Positions 1 through 10,808 are shown, counted from the stretch's first letter. The stretch: DNA of 64,000 bases from Clostridium sp. CAG:492 (GCA_000434335.1 FR878223.1:4420-68419); one strand, 5' to 3'. The notes: generated by a model not told the origin, from the sequence alone. Numbers and translations: made by a program.

Positions 1-1879
1 TTATTTTCTTTGTTGATGTTGACGTTGTATTTGTATTTTTTGATGTTGTGTCTTTTGATGGAATTCCTAAGTATGGTAATACTTCTGATAGCACTTGTGA
101 AACTACAGGAGCTGCTATATGACCTCCGAAATGATCCTTTCCTTGAGGATTATATAGTGTTAATAAAACAACTAATTGGGGGTCATCTGATGGGGCAACT
201 GCAACAAATGAAGACACATAACCAGATGTTGAACCTTCTGTTGCCTCTGATGTTCCAGTTTTTCCTGCTATTGAATAACCAGTTACTTGACCATATTTTC
301 CACCACCATCTGTAACTACAGATTCCATCATACTTAACATTTTTTTAGAAGTTTCGGCAGAAATTACTTGTCTAACTTCTTTTGTATCTATATTTGTAAC
401 TGCTCCAGTATCTGTATTTGTAATGCTTTTTACTATTCTAGGTTGCATTAATTTTCCATTATTTGCAATTGCAGATACGGCTGTTATCATTTGAATTGGA
501 GTTATTGTAAATCTTTGTCCAAATGATATTGTTGCAAGTTCAACTGGTCCAACAGAACTTTTATCGTGGAAAATACCTGTTGCTTCTCCAGCTGTTGCTA
601 TTCCAGTTTTAGTAAATAATCCAAAAGATTTAAAATACTTATATAATGTATCAACACCAATTTTTTGACCTAATTGTATAAATGCAGGGTTACAAGAATT
701 TTGTAAAGCCTGTCGTAAAGATTGATATCCGTGACCTGATCTATTAGCACAATGAATTTCTCTATCTGCAACTTCTTGCACTCCAGAGCAAGAAAAAATT
801 GCAGGTGTATCTGTTTCAACTATGTTTTCTTCCACAGCAGCAGATGCTACTACTACTTTAAATACAGATCCTGGTTCATATGTATTTGATACTGCTGTAT
901 TTCTCCACATTTTTTGTAATGCTTCACTTTGTGCACTTTTTGAAAGTGAATCCCAAGTACTAGAAAGAGATTCATTAGGTTCAAATGGAGTATTTAGGTT
1001 GTAGTTAGGGTATGTTGCCATTGCTAAAATATCTCCAGATGTAGGATTCATTATTATTATATTTCCACCTTCTGCACATTTATTGGTTATACAAGCTTGA
1101 GCTAAATATTTTTCAGCTATTGTTTGAATATTTATATCTATAGTTAAATTCAAGTTGCTACCGTTTTCAGGAGCATAATATTGTGCATCTTCATTAGAAA
1201 TTAAGTCTTGCGAGGCATCTTGAGTTGTAGTTATTTTTCCTGAAGTACCAGCCAATGTAGAATCCCAATAATATTCAAGACCAGTTAACCCTTGATTATC
1301 ACTTCCACAAAAACCTATTAAGTTAGAGGCCAAACTTGCATAAGGATATGATCTTTTTGTATCTTCATCAATGTTTATTCCGGAAGATATTTTATTATCT
1401 TTTATCCATTGCTCTAATTCTGTTACTTTATCCTTTTCTACTTTTTGAACTATTGTTTCAACAGAATTGTTGCTCGAAATTTTATCTAATGTTTCTTGAT
1501 AATCTAATTCAAATAATGTTGAAAACTCTTTGGCAACTTTTTCACGTAATGCTTGTGTATCTTCATCAGTTTTTTTCTTTAATTTATCAGGATTTACCGT
1601 TATTGTATCAACATCAGCACTTATTGCTAAGGCTGTTCCAGTAGAATCATAAATAGCACCTCTTTTTGCACTAATTATTCTACTTGTTGATTGTTGCCTA
1701 GTTGCCAGTTCCTTTAAGTAAGATCCTTTTATAAACTGCAAATATCCTATACGAAATACTAATAAAAAGAAAACTATAAATATTATTATCATTAGAATAA
1801 ATAACCTTTTGGGTTTTGAACTTTTTATTTTTGTATTATTATTATTTTTTATATTTTTTTTTGAATTCTTATTATTCAA
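1..1879 (-). CDS. Class B penicillin-binding protein / peptidoglycan transpeptidase (SpoVD/FtsI/PBP2B-like). The C-terminus runs off the left edge of the window.
   Basis: My own minus-strand translation is open from ~1879 to position 1. It is missing from the ORF track because no stop lies inside the window. It has a Lys/Asn-rich tail and a TM helix (LFILMIIIFIVFFLLVF), then SVFK (SxxK), SCN (SxN) and KTGT motifs. Start is uncertain: TTG at 1879 or ATG at 1792. Confidence 0.85.
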   Translation of the reverse strand, partial: MNNKNSKKNIKNNNNTKIKSSKPKRLFILMIIIFIVFFLLVFRIGYLQFIKGSYLKELATRQQSTSRIISAKRGAIYDSTGTALAISADVDTITVNPDKLKKKTDEDTQALREKVAKEFSTLFELDYQETLDKISSNNSVETIVQKVEKDKVTELEQWIKDNKISSGINIDEDTKRSYPYASLASNLIGFCGSDNQGLTGLEYYWDSTLAGTSGKITTTQDASQDLISNEDAQYYAPENGSNLNLTIDINIQTIAEKYLAQACITNKCAEGGNIIIMNPTSGDILAMATYPNYNLNTPFEPNESLSSTWDSLSKSAQSEALQKMWRNTAVSNTYEPGSVFKVVVASAAVEENIVETDTPAIFSCSGVQEVADREIHCANRSGHGYQSLRQALQNSCNPAFIQLGQKIGVDTLYKYFKSFGLFTKTGIATAGEATGIFHDKSSVGPVELATISFGQRFTITPIQMITAVSAIANNGKLMQPRIVKSITNTDTGAVTNIDTKEVRQVISAETSKKMLSMMESVVTDGGGKYGQVTGYSIAGKTGTSEATEGSTSGYVSSFVAVAPSDDPQLVVLLTLYNPQGKDHFGGHIAAPVVSQVLSEVLPYLGIPSKDTTSKNTNTTSTSTKKI

Positions 1880-1976
1880 ATTATCACCATCTTCTTTTGC
1901 TTTTTCTATGACATTTATTGTATATTAATAGGTAACAAAAATCAAGACGAAATTTAATAAATTCTAAATATATCTA

Positions 1977-2005
1977 TTGACACAATTAAAAAAATTTGCT
2001 ATTAT
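1977..2005 (+). promoter_or_regulatory. Sigma-A-type promoter candidate for comM
   Basis: TTGACA (1977-1982), 17-nt spacer, TATTAT (2000-2005), about 55 nt upstream of the comM start. Confidence 0.4.
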
Positions 2006-2060
2006 AATAAAAATTTTTATTCAAAAAATTTAATTCTAAAAAATTCCAAAGGAGATATTT

Positions 2061-3590
2061 ATGTTATCAATAGTTAAAAGTATGACCCTTCACGGTTTAG
2101 AAGGTTTTATTGTCGACGTTCAAGTTGATGTTGCTGGAGGTCTACCTTGTTGGGAAATTGTAGGCTTACCAGATGTTAGTATAAGAGAGGCGAAAGAGCG
2201 AGTTCGAACAGCTATAAAAAATTCTGGGTACGAATTTCCAAGTAGAAGAATTGTAATTAATTTAGCACCAGCTACAATAAAAAAAGTGGGCTCTGCATTT
2301 GATTTACCAATTGCAATTGCCATTTTACTTGCAACAGAAAACATTAATGAATTTGATTTTGAAAATGTCGCTTTTGTAGGAGAGCTTTCTTTAGATGGAA
2401 ATGTTCATAGTATTACCGGTATATTACCAATGTGTATTGAAGCGAAAAAATTAGGGATAAAAGAAATAGTTGTTCCAAAAGAAAATGCAAAAGAGGCTAG
2501 CATTGTTGATGGAATTAATGTTATACCAGTAAGTTCATTAAATCAAGTTGTTGCATATTTAAATAAGTCTATAAAAATTAATCCAGAAAAATTCAATTCT
2601 AATGAATTAATAAAGTCAAATCAAGTTTATAATCTAGATTTTTCCGAAGTAAAAGGTCAAAAAAATATTAAAAGAGCAATAGAAGTTGCTGCAAGTGGAG
2701 GTCATAATTGTATGTTAATTGGGTCTCCAGGGTCTGGTAAAACAATGATGGCAAGAAGAATTCCAACAATTTTACCAAAACTAAGTTTTGAAGAGGCTTT
2801 AGAAGTAACAAAAATTCACAGTGTTGCAGGAAACATAAGTGAAAATAGTCCGCTAATAATAAATAGGCCATTTAGATTTCCACATCATACAATATCCAAA
2901 ACATCTCTAGTAGGAGGTGGTGCCATTCCAAAGCCAGGAGAAATAAGCTTGGCACATTATGGTGTTTTATTTTTGGATGAACTTCCAGAATTTGAAAAAT
3001 CAACATTAGAAGTTTTAAGAGGTCCATTAGAAGATGGAAAAATAACAATAAGTAGAGTAAATGCAACATTAACATATCCATCAAAATTTATGCTCGTAGC
3101 CAGTATGAATCCGTGCCCATGTGGATATTATGGCTCAGATAAAGAATGTAGTTGCTCAAATCAAGCAATAAATAAATATCTAGGAAAAATAAGTGGTCCA
3201 TTATTAGACAGAATAGATATTCAAGTAGAGGTGAGTAGTGTAAAGTATAAAAATCTTAACTCAAATACACAGGAAGAAACATCAGAGCAAATACAAAAAA
3301 GGGTAGAAGAAACAAGGAAAATTCAACTTGAAAGATATAAAGAATGCGGAATTTATTCAAACTCAGAGCTAACTCCAAAACTAATAGAAAAATATTGCAA
3401 ATTAGATGAAAAAAGTAAAATAATACTAGAAAAAGCATTTAACAAATTAGGCTTGAGTGCAAGAGCATATGCACGAATATTAAAAGTTGCACGAACAATT
3501 GCAGATATGAACAAAAGCACAAATATACAATCAAGCCATTTATTAGAAGCTATTCAATACAGAAGTTTAGATAAAAAATACAGCAGATAA
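2061..3590 (+). CDS. comM: Mg-chelatase-like AAA+ protein ComM/YifB
   Basis: 509 aa. N-terminal Lon-protease-like domain, Walker A GSPGSGKTM, C-terminal Mg-chelatase subunit ChlI-like region. RBS is aaaggag. Confidence 0.9.
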   Translation: MLSIVKSMTLHGLEGFIVDVQVDVAGGLPCWEIVGLPDVSIREAKERVRTAIKNSGYEFPSRRIVINLAPATIKKVGSAFDLPIAIAILLATENINEFDFENVAFVGELSLDGNVHSITGILPMCIEAKKLGIKEIVVPKENAKEASIVDGINVIPVSSLNQVVAYLNKSIKINPEKFNSNELIKSNQVYNLDFSEVKGQKNIKRAIEVAASGGHNCMLIGSPGSGKTMMARRIPTILPKLSFEEALEVTKIHSVAGNISENSPLIINRPFRFPHHTISKTSLVGGGAIPKPGEISLAHYGVLFLDELPEFEKSTLEVLRGPLEDGKITISRVNATLTYPSKFMLVASMNPCPCGYYGSDKECSCSNQAINKYLGKISGPLLDRIDIQVEVSSVKYKNLNSNTQEETSEQIQKRVEETRKIQLERYKECGIYSNSELTPKLIEKYCKLDEKSKIILEKAFNKLGLSARAYARILKVARTIADMNKSTNIQSSHLLEAIQYRSLDKKYSR

Positions 3591-3707
3591 AATGAATAAA
3601 AGCAGTAAATTTAATTTGTAAAGTAGGATATGTGAATATGTATTCAAATATCTAGCATATCTTAAATGAATTGCTATAAATGTATTGTGAAAAAGGAGAG
3701 CATAAAA

Positions 3708-4607
3708 ATGTTTATTAATAAAAAAATTTATGAATTATATCTAAATAATCCAACATATTCAGATATGTTAAGAAAAATACCATCAAGTCCCAAAAAATTA
3801 TATGCCATAGGAAACATAGGTTTATTAAAAGAAAAGTCAATTTCAATTGTTGGCTCAAGAAATAGTTCTGAATATGGTAGAAAAATAACAAAAAGTATTA
3901 CAAAAGATTTAGTTGAAGACAACATTGTTATAGTAAGTGGTATGGCAAGTGGAATTGATTCAGTAGCGCATAAAACTTGTTTAGAATATGGTGGAAAAAC
4001 AATTGCTGTACTAGGGAGTGGTTTCAGGCATATTTTTCCAAAAGAAAATGAACAGTTATTTCATCAAATAATTGAAAGTGATGGATTAGTAATATCAGAA
4101 TACCCAATAGATACACCAGTTCAAATGAAAAATTTTCCAAAAAGAAATAGAATAATAAGTGGATTATCTATGGGATTATTGGTAATTGAAGCTGCATATA
4201 GAAGTGGCACAAGTATAACGGCAAAATATGCTAGAATGCAGGGACGAAAAGTGTTTTGCATTCCAAATAGTATTGGAAATAAAAATAGTTATGGAACAAT
4301 AAATTTAGTTCAAAATGGAGCAATATTAGTTAAAAATGCACAAGATATTTTAAATGTTTTAGGTGTTGAATATAAAAAAAATGGAACAAAAACAAATTTT
4401 AAACAATTAGAGCTGTTAGATAATAACAGTAAAAAAATATTTGATTGCATAAGTAACAATGAAGAAATTGATGCAGAAGGAATATCAATACAAACCAAGC
4501 TAGATATAAGTAAAGTAAACGAATTATTAACTATTTTAGAAATTGATGAAGTAATAAAATCAGTGGGGATTAATAAATTTAAAATATGTGAGGAGTATTA
4601 TGAATAA
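3708..4607 (+). CDS. dprA: DNA-processing protein DprA (Smf)
   Basis: Rossmann-like DprA core with GSRNSSEYG and GMASGIDS motifs. A strong RBS (aaaaggagag) precedes the ATG at 3708. The track start at 3666 is probably an upstream extension. Confidence 0.9.
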   Translation: MFINKKIYELYLNNPTYSDMLRKIPSSPKKLYAIGNIGLLKEKSISIVGSRNSSEYGRKITKSITKDLVEDNIVIVSGMASGIDSVAHKTCLEYGGKTIAVLGSGFRHIFPKENEQLFHQIIESDGLVISEYPIDTPVQMKNFPKRNRIISGLSMGLLVIEAAYRSGTSITAKYARMQGRKVFCIPNSIGNKNSYGTINLVQNGAILVKNAQDILNVLGVEYKKNGTKTNFKQLELLDNNSKKIFDCISNNEEIDAEGISIQTKLDISKVNELLTILEIDEVIKSVGINKFKICEEYYE

Positions 4608-4956
4608 AACCGAATTTGGTAAAATTGGTGAAAAAATCACGTGTAAATATTTAATAAAAAATAATTATAAAATTGTAGATAAAAACTATTATTATAGAGG
4701 AGGAGAAATTGATATAATTGCATTTGACGACATAAGCAAAGAGATAGTTTTTATAGAAGTAAAAACAAGGGCAAATAACAATTATGGATTACCATCTGAA
4801 GCAGTAAATAAAAGAAAAATTGAAAATATTACTAAGGGAATAAGAAGATATATACACAAAAATAAGCTAGAAAATGCGTTCATAAGAGTTGATTTAATAG
4901 AGCTTTTTTATAAGGATAAAAAATTTTACATAAATCATATAAAACAAATAATTTAG
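4600..4956 (+). CDS. yraN: YraN-family (UPF0102) endonuclease-like protein
   Basis: About 118 aa with the characteristic GEIDIIA...VFIEVKTR motif. RBS aggag precedes the ATG at 4600. It overlaps the dprA stop by 8 nt. Confidence 0.8.
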   Translation: MNKTEFGKIGEKITCKYLIKNNYKIVDKNYYYRGGEIDIIAFDDISKEIVFIEVKTRANNNYGLPSEAVNKRKIENITKGIRRYIHKNKLENAFIRVDLIELFYKDKKFYINHIKQII

Positions 4957-5010
4957 TATTGTAAAAGATAGATTTTTATTATATAATAAAGTAGTATAAA
5001 AGGTGGGATT

Positions 5011-5877
5011 ATGGAAAATTTATATAATAAAACAAAATTTATATTAAAAAAATACAATATTTCGGCAAATAAAAGCCTTGGACAGAACTTTTTAATAAAT
5101 GATTCTGTTGTTAATAAAATAGTGGAATCGGCAGAAATAACTAAAAATGATTTAGTAATAGAAATAGGTCCTGGACTTGGAAATTTAACGGAATTTTTAC
5201 TTGAAAAAGCAGGAAAAGTAATAGCTATAGAGCTAGATCAAAGAATGATTGAAATTTTGAATGATAGATTTTCATTATATGATAATTTTGAACTTATTAA
5301 TGAAGATGTATTAAAAGTTGACTTAAATGATTTAATAAGAAAAAATAAAAATTCAGAAATTAAAACTGCTAAAATAGTAGCAAATTTGCCTTATTATATT
5401 ACAACACCTATTATAATGAAATTATTAGAAGATAAATTAGATATAGAAACTATTACAGTTATGGTCCAAAAGGAAGTAGCAGATAGGTTAATTGCAATTC
5501 CAGGTGAAAAACTATCCGGAGCAATTACATATAGTGTATACTATTATGCTACCTCAGAAAATGTTACAATTGTAGAAAATAACTCATTTATACCAGAGCC
5601 GGAAGTTGATTCTGAAGTAATAAAATTAACAATCAGAAAAAATCAACTTGTAAATATACTGAATGAAGAGCATTTTTTTAAATTAATAAAAATAAGCTTT
5701 ATGCAAAGGAGAAAAACACTCATAAATGCTTTAGTAAATGGTGGTATATTAAAAAGCAAAGAAGATGCAAAAAAATTATTTGACGATTTAAAAATGGATT
5801 ATAATACAAGAGGTGAAACATTATCAATTGAAAAGTTTGCAGAAATTTCTAATTATATTGTAAATAACAAAAATTAA
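5011..5877 (+). CDS. rsmA: 16S rRNA (adenine1518/1519-N6)-dimethyltransferase RsmA/KsgA
   Basis: LGQNFL, EIGPGLGNLT (SAM-binding) and NLPYYI motifs. 288 aa. Confidence 0.93.
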   Translation: MENLYNKTKFILKKYNISANKSLGQNFLINDSVVNKIVESAEITKNDLVIEIGPGLGNLTEFLLEKAGKVIAIELDQRMIEILNDRFSLYDNFELINEDVLKVDLNDLIRKNKNSEIKTAKIVANLPYYITTPIIMKLLEDKLDIETITVMVQKEVADRLIAIPGEKLSGAITYSVYYYATSENVTIVENNSFIPEPEVDSEVIKLTIRKNQLVNILNEEHFFKLIKISFMQRRKTLINALVNGGILKSKEDAKKLFDDLKMDYNTRGETLSIEKFAEISNYIVNNKN

Positions 5878-5890
5878 TTTTAGAAAGGAA

Positions 5891-6607
5891 ATGCCTATGA
5901 ATCAGATATTAGTTACAGATAAAATATATGTTACCAATAAACTGAAAAAAAAGAAAAAAATGTATAAGATACAATTTATATTTTCTGTACTTCTTGTGTT
6001 TTTATTTTCTGGATGGTATATATATTCAGAAGTAGAAAAAAATGCTTGTGAAGCTGTTTCACAAGACATATTAAATGAAATATCATTAGATGAAACAGAA
6101 AATGATTCTACAATGAGTGATAGACCATTAGTTGTAGCTTTAGATGATACAGAAGTTGTTGAAAATGAAAGTACAAAAAATGTGCTTGATGGAAAATTTA
6201 CAGATCAAACTGGTAATACATATACATATGAATCAATTTTATCTATTCCAAGTTTAGGTATTGAATACCCTGTACTTTCGGAAACGAGTGAAGAGCTTTT
6301 AAAAATATCAATAAATAAGTTTTGGGGTGGAAGCCCAAATTCTGTTGGAAACTATTGTATAGTAGGTCATAATTATAAAAGTGGAAAAATGTTCGGAAAA
6401 TTATCACAAATGAAAAATGGAGACATAATAAAATTAACAGACTTATCTGGTAATACATTGCAATATAAAGTATATGATAGATTTGTAGTAAATCCTGAAA
6501 ATGTTGCTTGTACAAGCCAAGTTACTAATGGTTTGAAAGAAGTAACCTTAATAACGTGTACAAATGGTGGAAAACAAAGACTAATAATTAAATGTAGAGA
6601 AGTATAA
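5891..6607 (+). CDS. Sortase-family transpeptidase (membrane anchored)
   Basis: N-terminal TM segment, catalytic His context CIVGHNY, Cys motif TLITC, downstream Arg (QRLIIK). The start may be the ATG at 5897 (better RBS spacing). Confidence 0.8.
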   Translation: MPMNQILVTDKIYVTNKLKKKKKMYKIQFIFSVLLVFLFSGWYIYSEVEKNACEAVSQDILNEISLDETENDSTMSDRPLVVALDDTEVVENESTKNVLDGKFTDQTGNTYTYESILSIPSLGIEYPVLSETSEELLKISINKFWGGSPNSVGNYCIVGHNYKSGKMFGKLSQMKNGDIIKLTDLSGNTLQYKVYDRFVVNPENVACTSQVTNGLKEVTLITCTNGGKQRLIIKCREV

Positions 6608-6634
6608 AATAAAAAATAGTATTAAAACAAAAAT

Positions 6635-6675
6635 AAAAAGAAAAAGTAAAATTCTATGGTCTACTTTTTCTTTTT
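6635..6675. terminator. AT-rich hairpin between the convergent sortase and XRE genes (bidirectional terminator candidate)
   Basis: aaaaagaaaaagta (6635-6648) pairs with tactttttcttttt (6662-6675). Confidence 0.45.
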
Positions 6676-6678
6676 ATT

Positions 6679-7029
6679 TTACGTATTTTTTTGTGTTTCG
6701 TTATTTTCATTAGATATTATTATTTTTGCAATATCATAAATCAGTTTTTGGGTGTCTTTTGAACAATTAAGAAATAAGTCATTAAATTCTTTTGAAAGAT
6801 AATTTGTAGAATCTACATTTGTGCCATTTAAAATTGCACCTTCTTTTATATTTAAGATATTGCATATTTGACTTAATCTTTTTAAATTTATATGAGAAGT
6901 TCCTCTTTCAATTCTGCTAATAAAAGCAACAGAAACATCTAATTTTTCAGCTAGTTGTTCTTGTGTAATTTCTTTACTTTGTCTAGCTTTACGTATTCTT
7001 GAACCTATTATAGAATAATCTAATGCCAT
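6679..7029 (-). CDS. XRE-family helix-turn-helix transcriptional regulator
   Basis: N-terminal HTH_3-like sequence (IRKARQSKEITQEQLAEKLDVSVAFISRIERG). 116 aa. RBS is gaggtga. Confidence 0.85.
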   Translation of the reverse strand: MALDYSIIGSRIRKARQSKEITQEQLAEKLDVSVAFISRIERGTSHINLKRLSQICNILNIKEGAILNGTNVDSTNYLSKEFNDLFLNCSKDTQKLIYDIAKIIISNENNETQKNT

Positions 7030-7214
7030 AAAATCACCTCAGCAGTAAAATATAGTATTTAAAATTTAAAGTACAGAAATACTTAAGTTTAAGTATACAA
7101 TTAGGTTAAACAAAAAAAGAAAAAAAATACGTATTATAATGAAAATACTGAAAAAATTTAAAAATAAATTAATAATTAAAATTTAACTAAGTATTTAAAA
7201 TGATAAAAATTAAA

Positions 7215-7249
7215 ATAAAAAATCCAGTAAATATTTTACTGGATTTTTT
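7215..7249. terminator. Rho-independent terminator downstream of the SPFH gene
   Basis: atccagtaaa (7221-7230) pairs with tttactggat (7234-7243), flanked by an A-run and a T-run. Confidence 0.7.
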
Positions 7250-7250
7250 A

Positions 7251-8246
7251 TTAATCTTCTTGTGATGATTCCTGTTTTAATTGTTGGGCCCTTTTTTGTA
7301 AAATTCTTTCTTTTTTAGAAAGCTCCCTTTTTAAAGCTTCTTTTTTTTCTGAATCTGTTACAACTTCTTTCATAGCACCTAAACTACTTAATGCTGATGT
7401 TGCATCAAATGGTATAAATACTTTGTTGGCATCTCCATCTGCAATTTCTTTTAAGGCTTCTAAAGATTTTAATTGAACTAGTTTGTCATTAGGATTTGAT
7501 TCCATAACTGCTCCATAAACCATTCTTATTTCTGCAGCTTTAGCATCAGCTACTTGTTTTATTGCTTCTGCTTCACCGGCAGCTCTTCTTATAGCTGCTT
7601 CTTTATCAGCTTCAGCTTCTAATATTGCAGCTTCTTTTTTACCTTCGGCTAATGTAATTGCAGATTGTCTTTCACCTTCTGCTTGAAGGATTAAAGCTCT
7701 TTTATTTCTTTCTGCATTCATTTGTTTTTCCATTGCATCACGGATATCTGCAGGTGGTGTAATGTCTTTAATTTCGACTCTATCTATTTTACATCCCCAT
7801 TGATCTGTTGCTTCATCTAATATTGCTCTTAATTTATCGTTAATAGCATCACGAGAACTGAATGTTGCATCTAAGTCCATTTTTCCGACAATATCACGAA
7901 TTGTTGTAATTGCAAGATATTCAATACCTTTTTTTAATGATTGGATTTCGTAAACAGCTTTTGCTGGGTCTGTAATTTTGTAGAAAACAACTGTATCAAT
8001 TGTAATTGTAACATTATCTTTTGTTATAACTCCTTGAGGTGGAATGTCCATTGTTTGTTGTTTTAAACTAACTACTGATCTAACGTGATCTAAAAAAGGA
8101 AATATAATTGTAAGACCAGCATCTGCTACTTTGTGAAATTTTCCTAATCTTTCGATAACATATACTTCTGATTGTTTAACAACTTTTATTGTTTTATATG
8201 CAATTATTAAAACTAATAAAAGTAAAATAATAAAAAATATAACCAT
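7251..8246 (-). CDS. SPFH/band-7 (stomatin/prohibitin-like) membrane protein
   Basis: N-terminal TM, SPFH core (VVKQSEVYVIERLGKF...), and an Ala/Glu-rich coiled-coil tail. It is paired with the upstream nfeD gene. RBS is aaggagg. Confidence 0.88.
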   Translation of the reverse strand: MVIFFIILLLLVLIIAYKTIKVVKQSEVYVIERLGKFHKVADAGLTIIFPFLDHVRSVVSLKQQTMDIPPQGVITKDNVTITIDTVVFYKITDPAKAVYEIQSLKKGIEYLAITTIRDIVGKMDLDATFSSRDAINDKLRAILDEATDQWGCKIDRVEIKDITPPADIRDAMEKQMNAERNKRALILQAEGERQSAITLAEGKKEAAILEAEADKEAAIRRAAGEAEAIKQVADAKAAEIRMVYGAVMESNPNDKLVQLKSLEALKEIADGDANKVFIPFDATSALSSLGAMKEVVTDSEKKEALKRELSKKERILQKRAQQLKQESSQED

Positions 8247-8303
8247 ATTTTTTCCTCCTTAATTTTTTTCTGCATTATTATAAATATTAATGATAAATTT
8301 TGC

Positions 8304-8771
8304 TTAAACTGTTGCTGATTCTTTTTCAGCTACTTTTGTTTTTTGTGCTGTTGATACTACAGCTTTTACTCCATCTATTGCCGTTATAGTTACTAAAGTA
8401 CCTTTAGGAATTACTTGAGAATCTTCTGTTTTGGCAGACCAAATTTCTGATTCGACTTTTATTTGCCCTTCTCCTGTTATTGGATTAATGTCTGAAATAA
8501 CTATGCCTTCTTTTCCTATTATGGAATAAGCATTTGTATGTACATCTTCTATATCTTTTGTGAATTTTCTTACAAATGGTTTTGTACAAAATATTAGTAG
8601 TATTGATGATATGCAGAATAATGCAATTTGTACTGTTATGTTGTCTGTAAATAAACTGCATACTGATGTTAGTGCTGCACCAATTCCTACCCAAAATATA
8701 AGAAAATCAGTGGGGATAATCATTTCAAAAATCATGAATATGCCAGCTAGGATAATCCAAATTTGCCACAT
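8304..8771 (-). CDS. NfeD-family membrane protein (partner of the SPFH protein)
   Basis: Three or four N-terminal TM helices plus a C-terminal OB-like NfeD domain (GEGQIKVESEIWSAK). It lies immediately upstream of the SPFH gene in the same orientation. Confidence 0.8.
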   Translation of the reverse strand: MWQIWIILAGIFMIFEMIIPTDFLIFWVGIGAALTSVCSLFTDNITVQIALFCISSILLIFCTKPFVRKFTKDIEDVHTNAYSIIGKEGIVISDINPITGEGQIKVESEIWSAKTEDSQVIPKGTLVTITAIDGVKAVVSTAQKTKVAEKESATV

Positions 8772-8887
8772 ATAAATTACCTCCTTTTCTACCTAACAAT
8801 TTAATTATACAATATTTTGGTGTAAAAATAAAGATTTTTGAAAAATATTATTGTATTTTGTTACTTTTTGAGAGTCGTTTTAAAAAA

Positions 8888-10591
8888 TTAGCCCTTTGGT
8901 GTTACATTTATTGTGTTATTGTGTGTAAATATTACAAATCCAGGCTTACTTCCAGATGGCTTTTTTACATATTTTATCAATGTATAATCTACTGGAACGT
9001 TTGATGATTGTTTGGCTTTACTATAGTATGCTGCTATTTGAGCACATCTTATTATAACATCTATTGACGGAGTTTTGCCATGTGTTTGTAATATTGCATG
9101 ACTTCCATGAATTTCTTTTGTATGAAACCAAATGTCTGTTGATTTTGCTAGTTTTGTTGTCAAATAATCATTTTGTATATTATTTTTTCCAACTAATAAG
9201 GTATAATTTTCTATTTTATATTCTATTGGTGTATATGTTTTATCCAATTTTTTATTTTTTTGTTTTTGTTTTGTTACTTTTGTATTAGATTTTAAGTGGG
9301 ACCTTTCAAATAGTGGATTTTCTGATATTTCTGTATAAATTTCATCTATATCAGGAATTGTTTTTGCAGTATCTAATTCATAAATTATACTTTCTAAGTA
9401 GTCTAGTTCTGATTCTGTTTCCTTTTTTTGCTCTGCTATTACAAGTAAAGTGTTTTTTAATTTATTATATTTCTTAAAATAGTTTTTCGCATTATATGAA
9501 GGTGTTTTGTTTGGGTCTACAGGTATATCTATTAATTCATTATTATTGTAATAATTTGGAACTTTTACAATGTTTTCAGTAAATTCCTTGAATTGATACA
9601 TATTCGCTGTTAGTAGTTCTCCATATAGTTTATATGTATCCATGTTTTTGCAATCTGCTTGTTTGCTATTAATGTTTAACAATTTTTTCTTTATTTTTGT
9701 TAACGTTGATAATACTAATTTTAATATATTATTTCTATATGATAAGAAAAGTGAATTGTTTTCTTTTTCTATATAGAAATCGTCTATGAAAAAGTTGGAT
9801 TGCAATGTATCCTTACATTTTTTTTGTGTTATTGTAAAATCTTTTTTGAATGGTTTTAAAGAAATATTTGTTGTTCCAATATTTTCAATTGTTTCGGAAA
9901 TATATTTATATATAATTTTTAGGTTGCTTGTAGTTACAGAATTATCTATGTTACATTCTTCAATAATGCTTTGAATGTACAATTTACTTATTCCTATAAA
10001 AATTTTTGAAATTCCTGCATCTAAGTTAGTTAAATTGCTTGTTAGTTTATAAAATTCGTCAAAAGTCTTTATTGATTTAAAATCAATTTTTGTATTTTCT
10101 GGTGCAGAATATTCGTGTGCAGGTAAAATATCTCTTGATGAATGCTCTTCAATAGATAGGTGTCTTAAACTATCTATTATCATATTATTGTCGTTTGTTA
10201 AAATTATGTTACTGTGTTTTCCCATAAGCTCTATTATTAAGTTTTTGTTGACTAAGTCATTTAATTCATTAAAGCATTCAAGCTCTATATACACAATTCT
10301 TTCAAGTCCTATAGTATAAATTTTTTTTATTTTAGCTCCAATTAAATGTTTTCGTAGAAGCATACAAAATCCTGGAGCATTTAAAGGATTGGGTTTTGTA
10401 TGTGTTGTTAAATTTATTCTATAAGAGTCTGAAGCAATTGAAAAATTAAGAGCGTAGTTAGTTCCATAAGAATATATACCCAAAATAATCTCATTTTTAT
10501 TAGGTTCAAAAACCTTATTAATTTTTCCTCCAATTAAGCAGGTGTTTAATTCTGCTACAATATTACTTGTAACAATACCATCAAATGCCAT
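8888..10591 (-). CDS. rqcH: NFACT-family ribosome quality-control protein RqcH (fibronectin-binding protein A-like)
   Basis: NFACT-N start MAFDGIV..., a central coiled coil, and a C-terminal NFACT-R/DUF814 region (WFHTKEIHGSH). RBS aaaggga precedes the ATG at 10591. The track start at 10609 is likely an extension. Confidence 0.88.
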   Translation of the reverse strand: MAFDGIVTSNIVAELNTCLIGGKINKVFEPNKNEIILGIYSYGTNYALNFSIASDSYRINLTTHTKPNPLNAPGFCMLLRKHLIGAKIKKIYTIGLERIVYIELECFNELNDLVNKNLIIELMGKHSNIILTNDNNMIIDSLRHLSIEEHSSRDILPAHEYSAPENTKIDFKSIKTFDEFYKLTSNLTNLDAGISKIFIGISKLYIQSIIEECNIDNSVTTSNLKIIYKYISETIENIGTTNISLKPFKKDFTITQKKCKDTLQSNFFIDDFYIEKENNSLFLSYRNNILKLVLSTLTKIKKKLLNINSKQADCKNMDTYKLYGELLTANMYQFKEFTENIVKVPNYYNNNELIDIPVDPNKTPSYNAKNYFKKYNKLKNTLLVIAEQKKETESELDYLESIIYELDTAKTIPDIDEIYTEISENPLFERSHLKSNTKVTKQKQKNKKLDKTYTPIEYKIENYTLLVGKNNIQNDYLTTKLAKSTDIWFHTKEIHGSHAILQTHGKTPSIDVIIRCAQIAAYYSKAKQSSNVPVDYTLIKYVKKPSGSKPGFVIFTHNNTINVTPKG

Positions 10592-10808
10592 AATGTACAT
10601 CCCTTTCACAATTAATTTCTTAGATTATATTATATTTTTTTCAATTAGTAAATTTTTTTATGTCTAAATTACTATTATTTAATAAATAAATATTTCAACA
10701 GATGATTGATTAATTTGCGAAAACGGTATAAAATAACCAATATAGAAAACATAGGAATTGGTGAATATACAAATGTAAGTAAAATATATGTGAATAAAAG
10801 TTTATATG

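Noticed and set aside
1-1879. Large region with only small + strand ORFs in the track, which looked non-coding or like a pseudogene.
   Set aside because: Manual minus-strand translation shows an intact PBP gene. It is missing from the track only because its stop codon lies beyond position 1.
5891-6607. Sortase gene, considered as an anchor for a pilus or surface-protein locus.
   Set aside because: No protein in the window carries an LPXTG-type sorting signal, and there are no pilin-like neighbours. It appears to be a stand-alone housekeeping sortase.
7045-7204. 12-nt direct repeat agtatttaaaat at 7045-7056 and 7193-7204 in the XRE/SPFH intergenic region, considered as possible operators.
   Set aside because: This is a pure-AT 12-mer in an AT-rich spacer, so a chance match is plausible. 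There is no dyad symmetry or further support.
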